Below are positions 45,516-59,633 of a stretch of DNA of 64,000 nucleotides, one piece after another; position 1 is the stretch's first letter, and every line of letters begins with the position of its first letter. Under the pieces are notes generated by a model. That model worked only from the letters and a program-made list of their open reading frames with translations. It did not search any database and was not told where the DNA came from. The position numbers and the translations under genes are program-made. This DNA is from Squalus acanthias (lineage: Eukaryota): contig CM059431.1 of the NCBI GenBank assembly GCA_030390025.1, positions 152,770,001 through 152,834,000 on the forward strand, given 5' to 3'.

Positions 45516-48455
45516 AGACAGTACTCCCTCGGTACTGCACCTACGACAGTGCGGCGCTCCCTCGGTACTGCATCTCCGAGAGTGCAGTGCTCCCTCAGTA
45601 CTGCACCTCCGACTGTGCGGCGTTTCCCAGGTATTGCCCCTCTGACAATACAGTGCTTCCTCAATACAAACCCTCCGAAAGTGCAGTGCTCCCTAAGTAC
45701 TGACACTCCAACAGTGTATCGCTCCCTCAGAACTGACCTCCATCAGTGCAGCTTTCCCTCAGTATTGACCCTCCATCTGTGCAGCCCTCCCTCAGAACTG
45801 TCACTTCGGCGATCCCGCAGTACTGCCCATCTGACAGTACAGCTCTCCCTCAGGACTGAAACTCCGACAATGCAGCGCTTCCTCAGTACTGAAACTCCGA
45901 CAATGCAGCGCTTCCACAGTTACTGACCTCCGACAGTGCAGCGCTCCCTCAGTATGGACTCTCCAACAGTGTAGCGCTCCCTCAGTAATGATCCTCCGAA
46001 GTGCAGCGCTCCCTAGGTTAGGACCCTCCGAAAGTATAGCGCTCCCTCAGTACTGATCCTCCGACAGTGCAGCACTCCCTCAGTACTCACTCTCCATCAG
46101 TGCAGCGCTCCCTTAGCACTGACCCTCCGACAGTGTAGCGCTCCCTCAGTACTGATCCTCCGACAGTGCAGCACTCCCTCAGCACTCACTCTCCATCAGT
46201 GCAGCTCTCCCTTAGCACTGACCCTCCGACAGTGTAGCGCTCCCTCAGTACTGATCTTGCGACAGTGCAGCGGTCCATCAGTACTAACCCTCAATCAGTG
46301 CAGCTCTTCCTCAGTGCTGCCCATCCAGTACTACAGCGCTCCCTCGATACAGAACAACCGAAAGTGCAGCGCTTCCTCAGTACTGTCCCTCCGACAGTGT
46401 AGCGCTCCCTCAGTAATGGCCCTAAGACAGTGCAGTTCTCCCTCTGTACTGACCCTCTGACAGTGTTGCTCCCTCTGCACTGCCCCTTCGACTTAGCAGC
46501 ACTTCCTCAGTACTGCCGCTCTAACAGTGCAGCGCACCTCATTAATGTTCCTCTGACAGTGTAGCGCTCCCTCAGTACCGCACCTAAGGCAAATGCTGCG
46601 CTCCCTCAGCACTGCGCCTCCGAGAGTAGAGCGCTCCCTCAGTACTGCCACACTGACAATGTTACGCTCCCTCAGTGCTGCCCGTCTGACAGTGCAGCGC
46701 TCCCTCAGTGCTGCTGCTCTGAAAGTGCAGCACTCCCTTAGTACTGACACTCTGACAGTGCACCGATCCCACAGCACTGCGCCTCCTAGAGTACAGTGCT
46801 CCCTCAGTCCTGCCACAATATCAGTGCAGCACTCCCTCAGTACTGCAAAACTGTCAATGCAGCGCTCCCTCAGTGCTGCCCCTCTGACAGTGCAGCGCTC
46901 CCTCAATACTGCCCCTTCCAAAGTGCAGCATTCCCTCAGTACTGTCCTCCCGACAGTGCAGCGCACCCTCAATACTGAGCCTCCGACATTGCAAACTTCC
47001 TCAGTACTGCCCCTCCGACAGTGCAGCACTCCCTCTGTACTGACGCTACGACAGTGTAGCGCTCCCTTAGTACTACCACTCCGACAGTGCAGCGCTCCCT
47101 CAGTACTGACTCTCCGACAGTGCAGCCCTCCCTCAGTACTGCCCCTCCGACAGTGCAGCCCTCCCACAGTACTGCCCCTCCGACAGTGTAGCGCTCCCTC
47201 AGCACTTAAAGTGCAAAAGCGCAGCTGTCCCTCAGTATAATCCTCAATCAGTGCAGCTTTACCTCAGTACTGCCCATCCGAAGCTGGAGCGCTCCCTCAG
47301 TACAGAACCACCGACAGTGCAGCAATTCCTCAGTACTGTCCCTCCGAAAGTGTAGCGCACCGTCAGTAATGAACCTGACAGTACAGTTCTCCCTCAGTAC
47401 TGACCCTCTGACAGTGTTGTTCCCTCGGCACTGCCCCTCCGACATTGCAGCGCTTCCTCAGTACTGCCCCTCCGACAGTGCAGCGGTCCCTCATTGCTGT
47501 CCCTTCGACAATGTAGCGCTCCCTCAGTACTTCCCCAAGAGAGTGCAGCGCTGCCTCAGCACTGCGCCTCCGAGAGTACAGCGCTCCCTCAGTACGGCCA
47601 CACTGTCAGTGCAGCATTCCCTCAGTGCTGCCCATCCAACAGTGCAGCACACCCTCAGTACTAATCTCCCGACAGTGCAGCGCTCCCTCAGTACTGCCCC
47701 TCCGACATTGCAGCACTCCCTCACTACAGAACCACCGACAGTGCAGCGCTTTCTCAATACTGACCCTCCGACTGTGCTGCGCTCCCTCAGTAATGATCCT
47801 GACAGTGCAGCACTCCCTCAGTACTGCCCCTCCAAAAGTGCAGCACTCCCTCAGTACTGACCTCCAGACAATGCAGCGCTCCCTCAGTACTGCCCCTCCG
47901 ACATTGCAGCACTCCCTCAGTACTGCCCCTCCAACAGCGCAGCGCTCCCTCAGTACTGACCCTCCGACAGTGCAGCTATCCCTCAGTACACCCGTCTGAC
48001 AGTGCAGCGTTCCCTCAGTACTGCCCCTCCGACAATGCAGCTCTCCCTCAGTACTGACCCTCCGACAGTGCAGCACTCCCTCAGTACTGCCACTCCGACA
48101 GTGCAGCCCTCCCTCAGTACTGTCCCTCCGACATAGCTGCGCTCCCTCAGTACTGACACTCCGACAGTGCAGATCTCCCTCAGTATACCCGTCCGAAAGT
48201 GCAGTGCTCCCTCAGTACTGACCCTCCGACAATGCAGATCTCCCTCAGTACACCCGTCCGACAGTGCAGCGCTCCCTCAGTACTGTCCCTCCGACAGTGC
48301 AGCGCTCCTTCAGTACTGCCCTCCGACAGTGCAGCGCTCCCTCAGTACACCCGTCCGACAGTGCAGCGCTCCCTCAGTACTGCCCCTCCGACAGTGCAGT
48401 GCTCCCTCAGTACTGCCCCTCTGACATTCCAGCGCTCTCTCAGCACTGCCCCTCT
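45515..48455 (-). repeat. Long array of the SINE-derived 33-bp minisatellite
   Basis: About 2.9 kb of CAGTGCAGCGCTCCCTCAGTACTGCCCCTCCGA units. Confidence 0.95.
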
Positions 48456-48644
48456 GCTAAATAAGCATGTGCGAAGGGGTCGTTTTCAGTACACGATTAC
48501 AATATGGGAGCGAACATTAATTGCTAATAATCTGTAAGAACATTTAGGAAGCCCTAGAATTTCTGATCCGAAATCGGTTGTTTTGCGCCATCGCTCGAGA
48601 GGTATTTTTACGCCCTTGAGCTTTCACCGTTTTTTCTCCTTACA

Positions 48645-50615
48645 AAGCCTATGTGACTATTTCTGTCCCTTTAAAATGTTGTGTGTCTGGTTCTGTCTCT
48701 TTAAATAGCCTGTGCGACTGGTTCTGCCTCTTTAAAAAGCTTGTGTTACTGGTCCTGTCTCTTTAAAAAATCTGTGCGACTTCCACTGTCTCTTTAAAAA
48801 GTTTGTGTGATTGGTCCTGCCTCTTCACAAAGACTGTGTGACTGGACGTGTCTTTATAAAGTCTTCGTGACCGGTCTCTTTAAACTGTTGTGAGACTAGT
48901 CCTGTAACTTTAAAAATCCTAAGTATCTGGTGATATCTCTTTAAAAAACTTTTTGACTGCTCCTGTCTCTTTAAAAATCGTGTGTGACTGTTCCTACTTC
49001 TTTAAGAAGCATGTGTGGCTGGTCCTCTCTCGTAAAGCAGCCTGTATGATTGATCCTGTCTCTTTAAAAGGCCTTTGTTACTGGTCCTATCTCTTTTTAA
49101 GTGCAATGTCACTTCATCTGTCCCTTTAAAAAGCCAGTGTAACTGGTCCTATCTCTTTAAAGAGCCTGTGTGAAAAGTCCCTGTCTCTTAAAAAAAAACT
49201 TGTGACTGGTCCTGACTCTTTAAAAAGCCTGAGGGACTTGTTCTGCCTCTTTTAAAAGCCTGTATGACTGGTTCTGTATCTTTAATAAGCCTGAGTGAAT
49301 GTTCCTGTCTCTTTTAATAGCCTGTTTGACTGGTTCTGTCTCGTTAAAAAGCCTGTGGGACTTGTCCTGACTATTTAAAAAGCCTGTTTGTCTGGTCCAG
49401 TTTCTTTTTCAGGACAATTTGATTGATTCGGACTCTTAACAACCCTGCGTGACTGGTTCTGTCTCTTTAAAAAGCCTTTGTGACTGGGTCTGTCTTTCAA
49501 AAAAGCCTGTCTGACTGGTTATGTCTCTTTAACAATCCTGTGTGACTGGACTTGTCTCTTTACAAAGCCTGCATGACTGATCCTGTCTCTTTAAAAAGAC
49601 TGTGTAAATGATCCTGTCTCCTTTATGAATTCTGTGTTACTGGACTTGTCTCTTTAATAAGCCTGTGTGACTGGTCCTGTCTCTTTAAAAATACTGTTTG
49701 ACTGATCCTATCTCTTGAGAAAAACCTTTGTGACTGGTCCTATCTGTTTTAAAGGTCTGTGTGACTGGACATGTCGCTTGAAACAGCCTGAGTGATTGTT
49801 CCTGTGTCTTTAAAAAGATTGTGTGACTGATCATGTCTCTTTAAAAAGCCTGTATTATTATTCCTGTCTCTTTAAAAAAGCCTATTTGACTGGTCCTGTC
49901 TCTTTAAAAAGAATTTGTGATTGGTTCTGGTTATTTTAAAAGCAAGTGGGACTGACTATGTCTCTTTAAAAAGCCTGTGATGGTTGTGTCTCTTTAACAA
50001 TCCATTGTGACTGGACCTCTATTTTCAAAGACTGTATGACTGATCCTGCCTCCTTAAAATGATTGTGTGACGGATCCTGTCTCATTATAAAATTTTTGTT
50101 ACTCGTCCTATCTATTTTAAAGGTCTGTGTGACTGGACCTGTCTCTTTAAAAGAAAGAAGAATGACTACCGATTATATAGCGCCTTTCTCGATCTTGCGG
50201 ACGTCTCTAAGCGCTTTACAGCCAATGAAGTATTTTGAAGGACTGTTGTGACTTGGGAAACGCGGCAGCCAATTTCCACACAGCAAGTTCCCCAAACAGC
50301 AATGTGATAATGACCAGAAAAATCTGTTTTTGTTATTTTGGTTGAGGGATAATATTGGCAAGGACACAAATAGCCGGTGTGATTGTTCGTGTCTCATTGA
50401 AAAACCGTTGTGATTGGTCCTGTCTTTTGCAAAAGCCTGTGTGACTGGTCCTGTCTCTTTTAAAATGCCTGGATGAATGATTTTGCCTCATTAAAAAGCC
50501 AGTGTGTCTGATCCTGTCTCTTTATAGAACTGATCCGCTCTCTTTAAAAAGCCTGTGTGCCTGGCCCAGGCTATTTACAACATATATTTAACTGGCTCTC
50601 TCTCTTAAAAAGCCT
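48645..50615 (+). repeat. 31-bp minisatellite (CTGTGTGACTGGTCCTGTCTCTTTAAAAAGC)n
   Basis: Diverged tandem units. A SINE tail fragment is inserted at about 50150-50368 (minus strand). Confidence 0.93.
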
Positions 50616-50810
50616 TTAGGTGTTTTTTTTCTGACATTGCATGTTAAGAAGAGCCGGAATGGATTTTTTTATACAGGGGACCATGAGATTTGGTACCACA
50701 GGGGTGTTGATGGTGCAGGTTTACTGAGACGAGTTCGTTGACACAGAAGTGGCTTCAAAGAGTTACGGAGAAATCTTTGCTGTAAAAGTACTGTTAAGAA
50801 TTGAAGACTT

Positions 50811-50927
50811 AGGCCTAGAAATCCGTGTTTGACTGCAGTGGAACTGAATATCACGCGCTGCGTGTAACGGGCGCCCGATCCGATACCGCCCGTTTAGCGC
50901 CTCCGCCCGAGACGAATTCCTAAGCCC
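50811..50927. mobile_element. Very short TIR-bounded element (possible mini-MITE)
   Basis: Imperfect inverted ends AGGCCTAGAAATCCGT / ACGAATTCCTAAGCCC with a GC-rich interior. Confidence 0.4.
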
Positions 50928-51089
50928 TTTCTGCAGACATCGGCAGATATCAACTGTCAGTGCGTACTGACGAATTGGACTGAGATTTTGCCTCTCAAAG
51001 GCTTGGCTTCAACCCATTCAGAGTCATTTGTTAACTTCCGTGTCAGATTGCTCCATGGGTGAGGAGATATAAGAGTTATACCTGAAATT

Positions 51090-51240
51090 ATTTACAAGCA
51101 CTTCTGTCTGATCTAAACTCTGCTGTCGTTGTCCTAACTCGCACCAAGTCCCGTTCACCCATCACCCCTGTGCTCACTAATTAACATTTTCTCCCGGTTC
51201 GGCAATCGCTCGATTTTAAATTTCTCAACCTTGTGTTCAG
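51090..51240 (+). mobile_element. L2-clade LINE fragment
   Basis: CACCCATCACCCCTGTGCTCACT...CTCCCGGT resembles the HITP.L..LHWLP region. Confidence 0.6.
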
Positions 51241-52269
51241 CCCCAACGCATTGCCAAGTGTCTAGTAAAGAATTTTCATCCCGAAAATGCCAAACGTTAG
51301 TTAGTTTATGTTTAGTATTTTAGCGTAAGTACATTTCACCCCCCAGCGCTGTAGTTGGATTCCAAGAATTGGCATCAGGGGGACGAGGCAGAGATGAGGG
51401 GCTAGAATTCGGCTAGAATTCGGCTCGGAATTTAGCACAAATCACCACCATCTCCAATTTAACCCTTCAAGTCACACACCATCAGGACTTGGAATTTTAA
51501 AATAAATTATTCGGATCTGGGCGTCGCTGGCAAGGCCAGAATTTATTGCCCTGGAGAATGTGCTTTTGAGAAGCCTTATACAACTGAGTGCCTTGCCAAG
51601 GCATTTCAGAGGGCAGTTAACAAACAAAGACATTGCTGTGAGTCTGGAGCCACATTTCGTCCAGAAAGGTTAACGATGGCAGATTTTCTTGCCTAAAGGC
51701 CATTCGTGAACCAGATGTGTTTTTACTACAATCCGGTAGTTTCATGGTTAACATTCCTGACACTAGCCTTTTATTCCAGATTTGTTTAATTAATTTAATT
51801 TAACTTCCCCAGCTGTTGAGATTTGAACTACAGGATTTTTCGTTCGGGCACCTGGTTACAGGTCCAGCAACAAAACCACTATGCTACCAAACCCTTCAAA
51901 TACATCGCCGTTACTTCACCGTCACTGGCTCAAAAGCCTGAAATTCCTTCCGTAAGAGGATTGTGGGAGCACCTTCACCACACGGACTGCAGTAGCTCAA
52001 GATAATTGAAAACCATTATCTCGTGGGTAACTAGGGAGGGGCAAGTAATACCGGTCATAACAGCGCCACCAATATCCTTAGAACAAATAAATATAAATAA
52101 TAAAATGGGAATAAAATCAATGATTTTGTAATTAATTGATAGAAACCACGCGAGAACTATTATCCATGCGGACGTCATGCTCCGCTAAACAAATTGTCAA
52201 AGTAACTTGCCTCATCAATTCTATGCTTTTATGATTGATAGTACTCACACTTTTCCCAATTTCCCTATC

Positions 52270-53048
52270 CTTTCAAACGGTGTTTGATAAATTAAAACAT
52301 AATAAGAAAAATGAAGCCCATGGGATTAAAGGGGCAGTGGCAATATGGCTCGGAAATTGGCTAAGAGACAGAAAATAGGGCAAACGGCTGTTTTTCAGTC
52401 TGGAAGGAAGCATAAAATGGTGCCCCCCCCAGGGGTCGGCATTGGGACCATTGCTCTTTTCATGTATATCAATACCATGAAATTGTGTAGAAAGCACATC
52501 ATTTCAAAGTTTGCAGGTGATAGTAAACTCGGAACCGTTAACTAACAATGAGATGGGTAGCAACAGACATCACGAGCACATAGACAGACTGGTGAAATGG
52601 GCAGATTGATGGTAGAAACAATTTAACACAGAGAAGTGTGAAGTGATACATGTTGGTAGGAACTATGAGCAGAGCCAATATAAACTAAACGGTACAATTG
52701 TAAAGTTTGTGCACGATCAGACAGGCCTGGGGAGTATTCTAAAAAAAATCGAAAGTGGCAGGACAACTTGCGAAAGCTGCTAATAAAACATACGGAGTCC
52801 TTGGCTTTACAAACAGAGACACAGAGTAACAAAATCCAGGAAGAAGTGGTAACCTTTTCTAAATCACTTTTTAGGCCCCAGCTGGAGCATTGTGTCCAAT
52901 TCTGGGCACCAAACTTTGGCAAGCATATCAAGGATTAGAGAAGGTGCAGGGATTTACCAGAATGGAACCAGGGATCTGGGAATTCAGTTACGTGGAGAAA
53001 CTGCTACGCTGGGTTTGTTCTTTTTAGAGCAGCGAAGGTTAAGGAAAA
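52270..53048 (+). mobile_element. Old CR1 RT fragment
   Basis: AHGIKG, SKFAGDSKL and PQLEHCVQFW remnants. Confidence 0.8.
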
Positions 53049-54488
53049 TAGAATTATAGAATCATAGAAATGTGCGGCACAGAAGGAGGGCATTCGGCCC
53101 ATCGTGTCTGCGCCGGTCGCAAAAGAGCCATCCAGCCTAAATCCACTTTCCAGCTCTTGGTCAGTAACCTTGCAAGTTGTGGCACTTCAAGCGCACATCC
53201 AAGCACTTTATAATGTGATGAGGGTTTCTGCCTATACCCCCATTCCAGGCAGTGAGTCCCAGACCCCCACCACCCACTGGGTAAAAGGAATTTTCAACTC
53301 TCCTCGAATCCTTCTAAAAATTACGTTAAATCTATGCCCCTGGTTATTAACATCTCTGCAAAGGGTATAGCTGCTTCCTATCAACTCTATCTAGGCCGCT
53401 CATAATTTTATGCATCTTAGTTAAAACACTCCCTTAACCTCCTCTGTATTATAGAGATCGAGCATAACCTCTCATGCTGTTATATTCTATGTCTCGGCTA
53501 AAAAATAAACTATCCTCTATACCTTCTTAACCATCTAACTACCTGTCCTGATACCTTCACGGATCTGTGGACATGCACTTCACGTCCCTCTGTTCCTCCA
53601 CATTTCTCAGTATCATACCAATTATTGTGTATTCCCTTGCCTTGTTAGCCCTCCCAACTTCTCCAGATGGAATTCCATCTGACATTTTTCTGCCCACCTG
53701 ATAAGTCCATTGATATCTTCCTGCAGTCTATAGCTCTGTTCCTCACTATCAACCACATGGCCAATTTTTGTTTAATCAGCCAATAGTTTAATCATGCCCA
53801 CTACATTGAGGTCTAAATCATTGATGTATACCATAAAAAGCTAGGAACCAAGTACTGAGTTCTGCAGAAAACCAATGGAAACAGCCTTCCAGTCACATAA
53901 ACACCCGTCGACCATTTCCCTTTCCATCCTGCCACTGATACAATGTTGGATCCAGCTTGACACTTTCCATTGGATCCCATGGGCTTTTACATTTTTTTAC
54001 CAACCTGTCATGTTGAAGCTTGTCAAAGGCCTTGCTAATATCTATGTGGACTAAATCTAATGCACCACCCTCATCGATCCTCCTCGTTACATCCCTATCA
54101 AATTCAATCAAGTTACTCAGTCACAACATTATCTTGTCTCTCAGCATGGGATACATTTCATCTGGGCCTGGCGACTTATCTACGTTCAAAGAAGCAAAAT
54201 CTCATAATCCTTCCTGTCTCTCTATGCTAATCATATCTAATATTTCACACTATATCTCTTTAACTACAATGTCTGCATTGGCCTTCTTTTCTGTGTAGAC
54301 AGTTTAAAGTATTCATTAAGTACCATACCCATGTCTTCCACCTCCACACACAGTTCACCTTTTTGGTCACTAATAGGCCCGACTGTTTCCTTATTTATCC
54401 TCTTGCTCTTTCTGTATTTACAAAACATTTTGGGGTTTTCCTTGATTTAACTTGTTAATATTTTTTTCATTCCCTCTCTTTGATTTCA
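53049..54488 (-). mobile_element. Old CR1 fragment with 3' end
   Basis: (ATAGAATC)n tail at about 53050. DISKAFDK motif. Confidence 0.8.
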
Positions 54489-54489
54489 C

Positions 54490-57400
54490 TGAGACATGTC
54501 TACCAAAACTTCAGGACTGGGAATTAAACATTGCAGGCTATAACATATATAGAAAAGATAGAGAGAGGGAAATGGGGAGGTGGAGCAGCTGTACTTATTC
54601 TAGATACTATAATGGCAGTAGATAAAAGTGATGCAGTTATCAGCAAGGCAGAAATAGAATACATATGGATAAAGATGAAAGATATTAAAGGATCAATCTC
54701 ACTAAGAGGGGCAGTCAACAGAGCACCTAATAGTGGAAGAGATTTGGAGGTAGAAATATGCAGACAAATTCGGAAATCAGTAAAAAAAAATGGAGGAATT
54801 GAAATTCCCAGATATTAATTTAACAAAATAGGCAGGTAAAGGGGCTAAGGGAAAGGAGTTCCTACAATGTGGACATGACTCCTTTCTAACCAATATGCAA
54901 AAAACCCAACAAGGGAGGATTAACTATTGGATCTACTAATGGGGTATGAAACACAGCAGGTAAGAGAAGGAAAAGTAGTGGAACATCCAGGCAATAGTGA
55001 CCATAATATAATACGCTTTAAGATAATAATTGAGAAGGGCATAGGCATGACAAGGACCACGGTAATAGATTGGAGAACAACTGATTTTGAGGGGCTGAGA
55101 ATAACACTTAGGGAATAAAATGGACAACATTCGCAAACAATGATGGAGAGCAGCAATGGGAAACATTTAAAACAGTGTTCAATAGAGTCCAGGAAAAATA
55201 TATTCTGCTAAAAAACAAGAATAAGCTAAACAATAATGAGACACCGTGGATGAATATAGCCAAAAAAGAAAAAATTGAGCATAAGGAAAGCGGCCTTCAT
55301 TAACTACATGGACAGCAGGGGAGAGTATGATAAGGGAAAATATGAATGGTTTAGAAGAGAAGTAAAAAAAAACAATAAGGAAGGCAAGGAGGTACTATGA
55401 AATTAAATTATCAAGGAACAAAAGAAATTAAAATATTTAACAGGCATAACAATAGAAAAATAAGCTTGGATGGGAATAGGGCCGGGAAGCAATGGAGAGG
55501 ATAATAACACAGGCAGCAATAGAGAGTTGGCAGAGAGTATGGATAAAGTGTAGCTAATCAGCGTAGCAGAAGGAGGGTAGTAGAGTTCTACAAGGATCCG
55601 TGCTGGGACCACTGTTGTTCACAATTTATATTTAGATTAGGGGGAAAAATTCAGTTGTTTGCACCTCCCGTTAGCGCCTTAAGAGGGCGCTAACGGTGCA
55701 CAAAGCATCTGGCGCCTTGGCCGCGGCGATGTTTGCACCGCTCGTGAAATTAACTAGACATTTTTGCGGCGGCGCTAAACACTACCGCCACGATCTCCTG
55801 CGCCGGCAGATCGTGATGTCAGTCGAGTGTGCAACGCCCCGGTATCGCCACGGAGCGGATATTGAGTGGCGCCCCCTGCCTTACCGCCTGCCGCTAGCAA
55901 CGACAGGTTGAGGGGAGCGTTTTGCAGTCAGTAAGGGACTGGGGGAGTGCTATTTAAAGACGACCACTTCCTGCCTTTTATTGTTGGTGAAATTTTTGAA
56001 CAACGCATTCTGAGAGAGAGAGAGAGAGAGAGAGACTTCTGGAGAGATTCAGAGCTGTGTGAAGGAGTTTTGGTTACTGAGCAGCACTTTGCAGTTACAT
56101 TTTGATTTGCCCTTCCTTGTATCAATTTAGAAAAGACTTTGGGGGCTGCACTATGAGCTCTTTCCCTGGTACTCTCCATTGTTCTTTCCAGCAGATTTGA
56201 TGTGCAGGTCTCTCCAGGCCGAAATTCAAGGCTGCAATGAGTAGGATGTGAATGGAAAGTAAGATCAACCCTCCCCTTTAAGAACTGGACCGCGCCATTG
56301 TGTGTGTGTTCCATTGCTAATTGACATCACATGAGCTTCGCCAGCGCTCAGAGGTAGCGCCTCGCTCCTCGGCCTTTGAACCTTAAGACAGGTGTGAAGC
56401 GCCTGATTTAGCACTCCAATCACCTCCAGGTCGATAAAAGTCAAGTTTGCAGTCGGTGGCGCTAATTAACGCCAGGCGCTAATCTTTGCGCCCGGCCGTT
56501 AATTGCGCCTCAAAAATGGGGCGATACTGAATTTCTCCCCCTTCGACTTTGGAGCCAAAAACAAAATTTCTAAATCTACGGAGGCACAAGACTGGATAAA
56601 ATGCCCAATACTGAGGAGGACAGCAACACATTTCAAGAAGGCCTTAATAAAATTGCAGAATGAGCAAATAATTAGCAAATGAAATTCAACATAGATAAAT
56701 GTGAGTTATTACATTTTGGTAAGACAAAGAGGAAGGTCACATATTACTTGGAAAATAAGAAGCCAAAATGGGGTAGAGGAGCAAAGGGATCTAGGAGTAC
56801 AATTATTCAAATCTCTGAAAAGTATCGACACAGCTTAAAAAGGCCATACAAAAGCAAACGAAGCACTATGGTTTATTTCTGGAGGGATAGAATTGAAGAG
56901 TAGTGAAGTTATGGTAAATTTCTATCGAACGTTGGTATGGACTTGGTTGGAACACACTTGGAATACTGTGTGCATTTCTATTCGTCTTATTATAAAAAAG
57001 GATATAGAGGCATTGGAGAGAGTGCAGGGAAGATTTACAAAGATCATACCAGAAATGCGAGGGTACACCTGTCATGAAAGGATGAACAGTCTGGGTCTCT
57101 TTTAACTTGAAAAGAGAAGTTTGAGGGGTGACCTAGTAGAGGTCTTTAAATCATGAAAGAATTTGACAGAGTAAATGCAGAGAGAATGTTTCCACTTTTT
57201 GGAGGAGGAAAACTAGAGGTCATCAATATAAGAAAGACACCAAGAAATCTAACATGGAATTCAGAACAAATGTCTTTACCCAGAGCGTGGTGAAAATGTG
57301 GAACACGCTACCACAGGGAATGGCTCAAGCGAATAGTATAGATGCACTTAAGGGGCGGTTAGATAAGCTTAAAAGGGAGAAGGGAATATAGGGTTATGCT

Positions 57401-57512
57401 GATAGAATTAAATGAGGAAAGACAGGTGGAGGCTCCAGTGGAGCATAAACACCGGCCCAGACTGGTTGGGTCAAATGGCCTGTTTCTGTGCCGAATATCC
57501 TATGTAATCTTA
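54490..57512 (+). mobile_element. CR1-clade LINE, deleted and decayed, interrupted by a Harbinger MITE
   Basis: GGG.AVLI, SDHN, KCELLHFG and KDIEALERVQ remnants. The 3' end matches 1342-1900. Confidence 0.85.
55640..56541 (-). mobile_element. Older Harbinger MITE (902 bp)
   Basis: TIRs GGGGGAAAAATTCAG / CTGAATTTCTCCCCC with flanks TTA/TTC. Collinear with 38381-39274. Confidence 0.9.
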
Positions 57513-57671
57513 TGAAAGCTTATGAAACCCTTGCACTTACTTTACTCCTCTAGGCTTTCTGTATTAGTGTGCTCTGAGCATTAGACAGAAGCTTCCCTTA
57601 TTTCACTTCTTCTTCCCTGTATGCTTCTAGACATCCAGTGGGCCCTAAATTTGAGAGTCCCATCCCTTTTT

Positions 57672-58125
57672 GTCAGCTGTGGCTTAGTTGGTTGCACACT
57701 CACATCTGAGTCAGAAGGTTGTGGGTTCAAGTCCCATTCCAGGGACCTGAGCACATAAAACTATGCTGACACTCAAGTGCAGTGCTGAGGGAGTGCTGCA
57801 ATGTAGGAGGTGACGTCTTTCGGATGAGACGTTAAACGGAGGCCCCATCTGCTCCCTCAGGTGGACGGAAAAATGCCCATGGCACTATTTCGATGAAGAG
57901 CAGGTGAGGTGTCCTGGCAAATATGTATCCCTCAATCATCATAACAAATCAGATTATCTGGTCATTAACACATTGCTGTTTTGGGAGCTTGCTGTGCGCA
58001 AATTGGCTGCCGCGTTTCCTACAATACAGCAGTGACTACACTTTAAATGTACTTCATTGGCTGTAAAGCGCTTTGAGTCGTCGGGTGGTCATGAAAGGCG
58101 CTATATAAATGGAAGTCTTTCCTTT
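57672..58125 (+). mobile_element. Complete unexpanded tRNA-derived SINE (DeuSINE/SacSINE1-like)
   Basis: TGGCTTAGTTGG A-box, GGTTCAAGTCC B-box, a single copy of the 33-bp motif (about 57778-57812) and an L2-type tail. Confidence 0.88.
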
Positions 58126-58149
58126 CCGTTTTTATTTGTGGTGAAATAT

Positions 58150-59370
58150 TTAAACCCTCACTATCTCCTCATTGAATGCCCCCCATTGCTCTGACACTGA
58201 TTTACCTTCCAGTAGCTGTTTCCAGTTCAATTTTGCTAAATTGCATTTCAGCTTAGTAAAATTGGCCTCTCCCCAATTGAAAACTTTTACACCTGGACTA
58301 TCTTTGTCCTTTTTCATAAGGGGAGATTTAATATAGATGTAAAAAATTTGATTGGATTTCATAGCGTGCATAAGTCGAATAGTTTTCCAGTGTCAGAATG
58401 GTGGGTAAACAGCGTACACAGATTTAAGTTAATAGGCAAAAGACCCAGAGGAGAGACGAAGAGAATTTACTTTTTGCAGTGAGTTGTTGAGATCTGGAAT
58501 GCACTGTCTGAGAACGTGGTGAAATTAGATTCAGTAGGAAATGTAGAAAGGGAGTGGGATAATTAGTTGGATGGGAATTTTTTTACAGGGCTCTGGCTAA
58601 AGAGTAGGAATAATGAGACAGCTGTTTCAAAGAGATGGCACTGACACGATGGGCCGAATGGCCTCCATGTGTGCTGTACCATTCTATGATTCTATGAGCA
58701 AGAGACATAGAGAGAGAACAGGGAGAGTGAGAGACGGAGAGAAAGAAAAATAGAGGCAGAAAGACTGGGAGAGGAACAGCAGGGAAGACATTAAATTAAA
58801 AGGGGGAATTGGATAAATAATTGAAGGGTAACAATTTGCAGGACAATGGAAAAAAGAACTAGGGAATGGGACTAATTGGAGGGGTGAGGTCATGCTGGGA
58901 TTTGATCTTAAGGATGAGAATATTAAGATCGAGGCATTTCCTGATCGGGAGCAAATGGTGCTCATTGAGCAAAGGGGTGACGGGTGAACGGGACATGATG
59001 CGTGTTAGGGAATGAGCAGCAGAGTTTTGGATGAGCTCTAGTTTATGGAGGCTTTTAACTGGGAGGCCAGCCAGGAGAGTATTGGAATAGTCGAGTCAGG
59101 TAAAACTAAATCACGCGTGAGGGTTTAAGCAGCGGAAGGGCTGAGGAGGGTCGGAGACGTTCGATATTATGGAGGTGGTAGTCGGCAGGACTGATGGTTC
59201 AGAGGATATGTGGTCGGAACACAGAGCAGGCTCAAAGAGAAAGCCGTGGTTGCAAACAATCTTGATGCTCCTCAGACATTGGACAGGGATGGGGATTCAA
59301 TTGGTAAATAAAAAATGGAGTTTTTGCCGAGGAGCGAAGAGAATGGCTTTGATCTTCCCAAGATTTAAAT
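58150..59370. mobile_element. Cluster of old LINE fragments (CR1 minus 58150-58320, CR1 3' end plus 58320-58695, L2-like minus 58890-59370)
   Basis: Degenerate similarity to the other copies in the window. ATTCTATGATTCTATG tail at 58681. Confidence 0.65.
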
Positions 59371-59633
59371 GACAAACACAGTAATACAGTGAGACGTGGT
59401 GTACAGATCTAATTGCTGGATGTAGAAAGTTAACAGGAACACCAACAGCAGCACAGATGAGAGGGTAACTTCCGAGAAAAGTAATACAGTATGCAAAGCT
59501 TTGCAGAGTTAATAGCTGGATACAGAGACTTACCAGGAACAACAACCGCAACAAGGAGGGGAATGTAAAAGGCAAGAACTTTACTGCAGTTAATCACGGA
59601 TTATAAAATTAATAGCTTGATAGAGAGACTTAC

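Noticed and set aside
50650..51090. Possible plus-strand GPCR remnant next to the inverted duplicated block
   Set aside because: No 7TM motifs were found in the frames I read.
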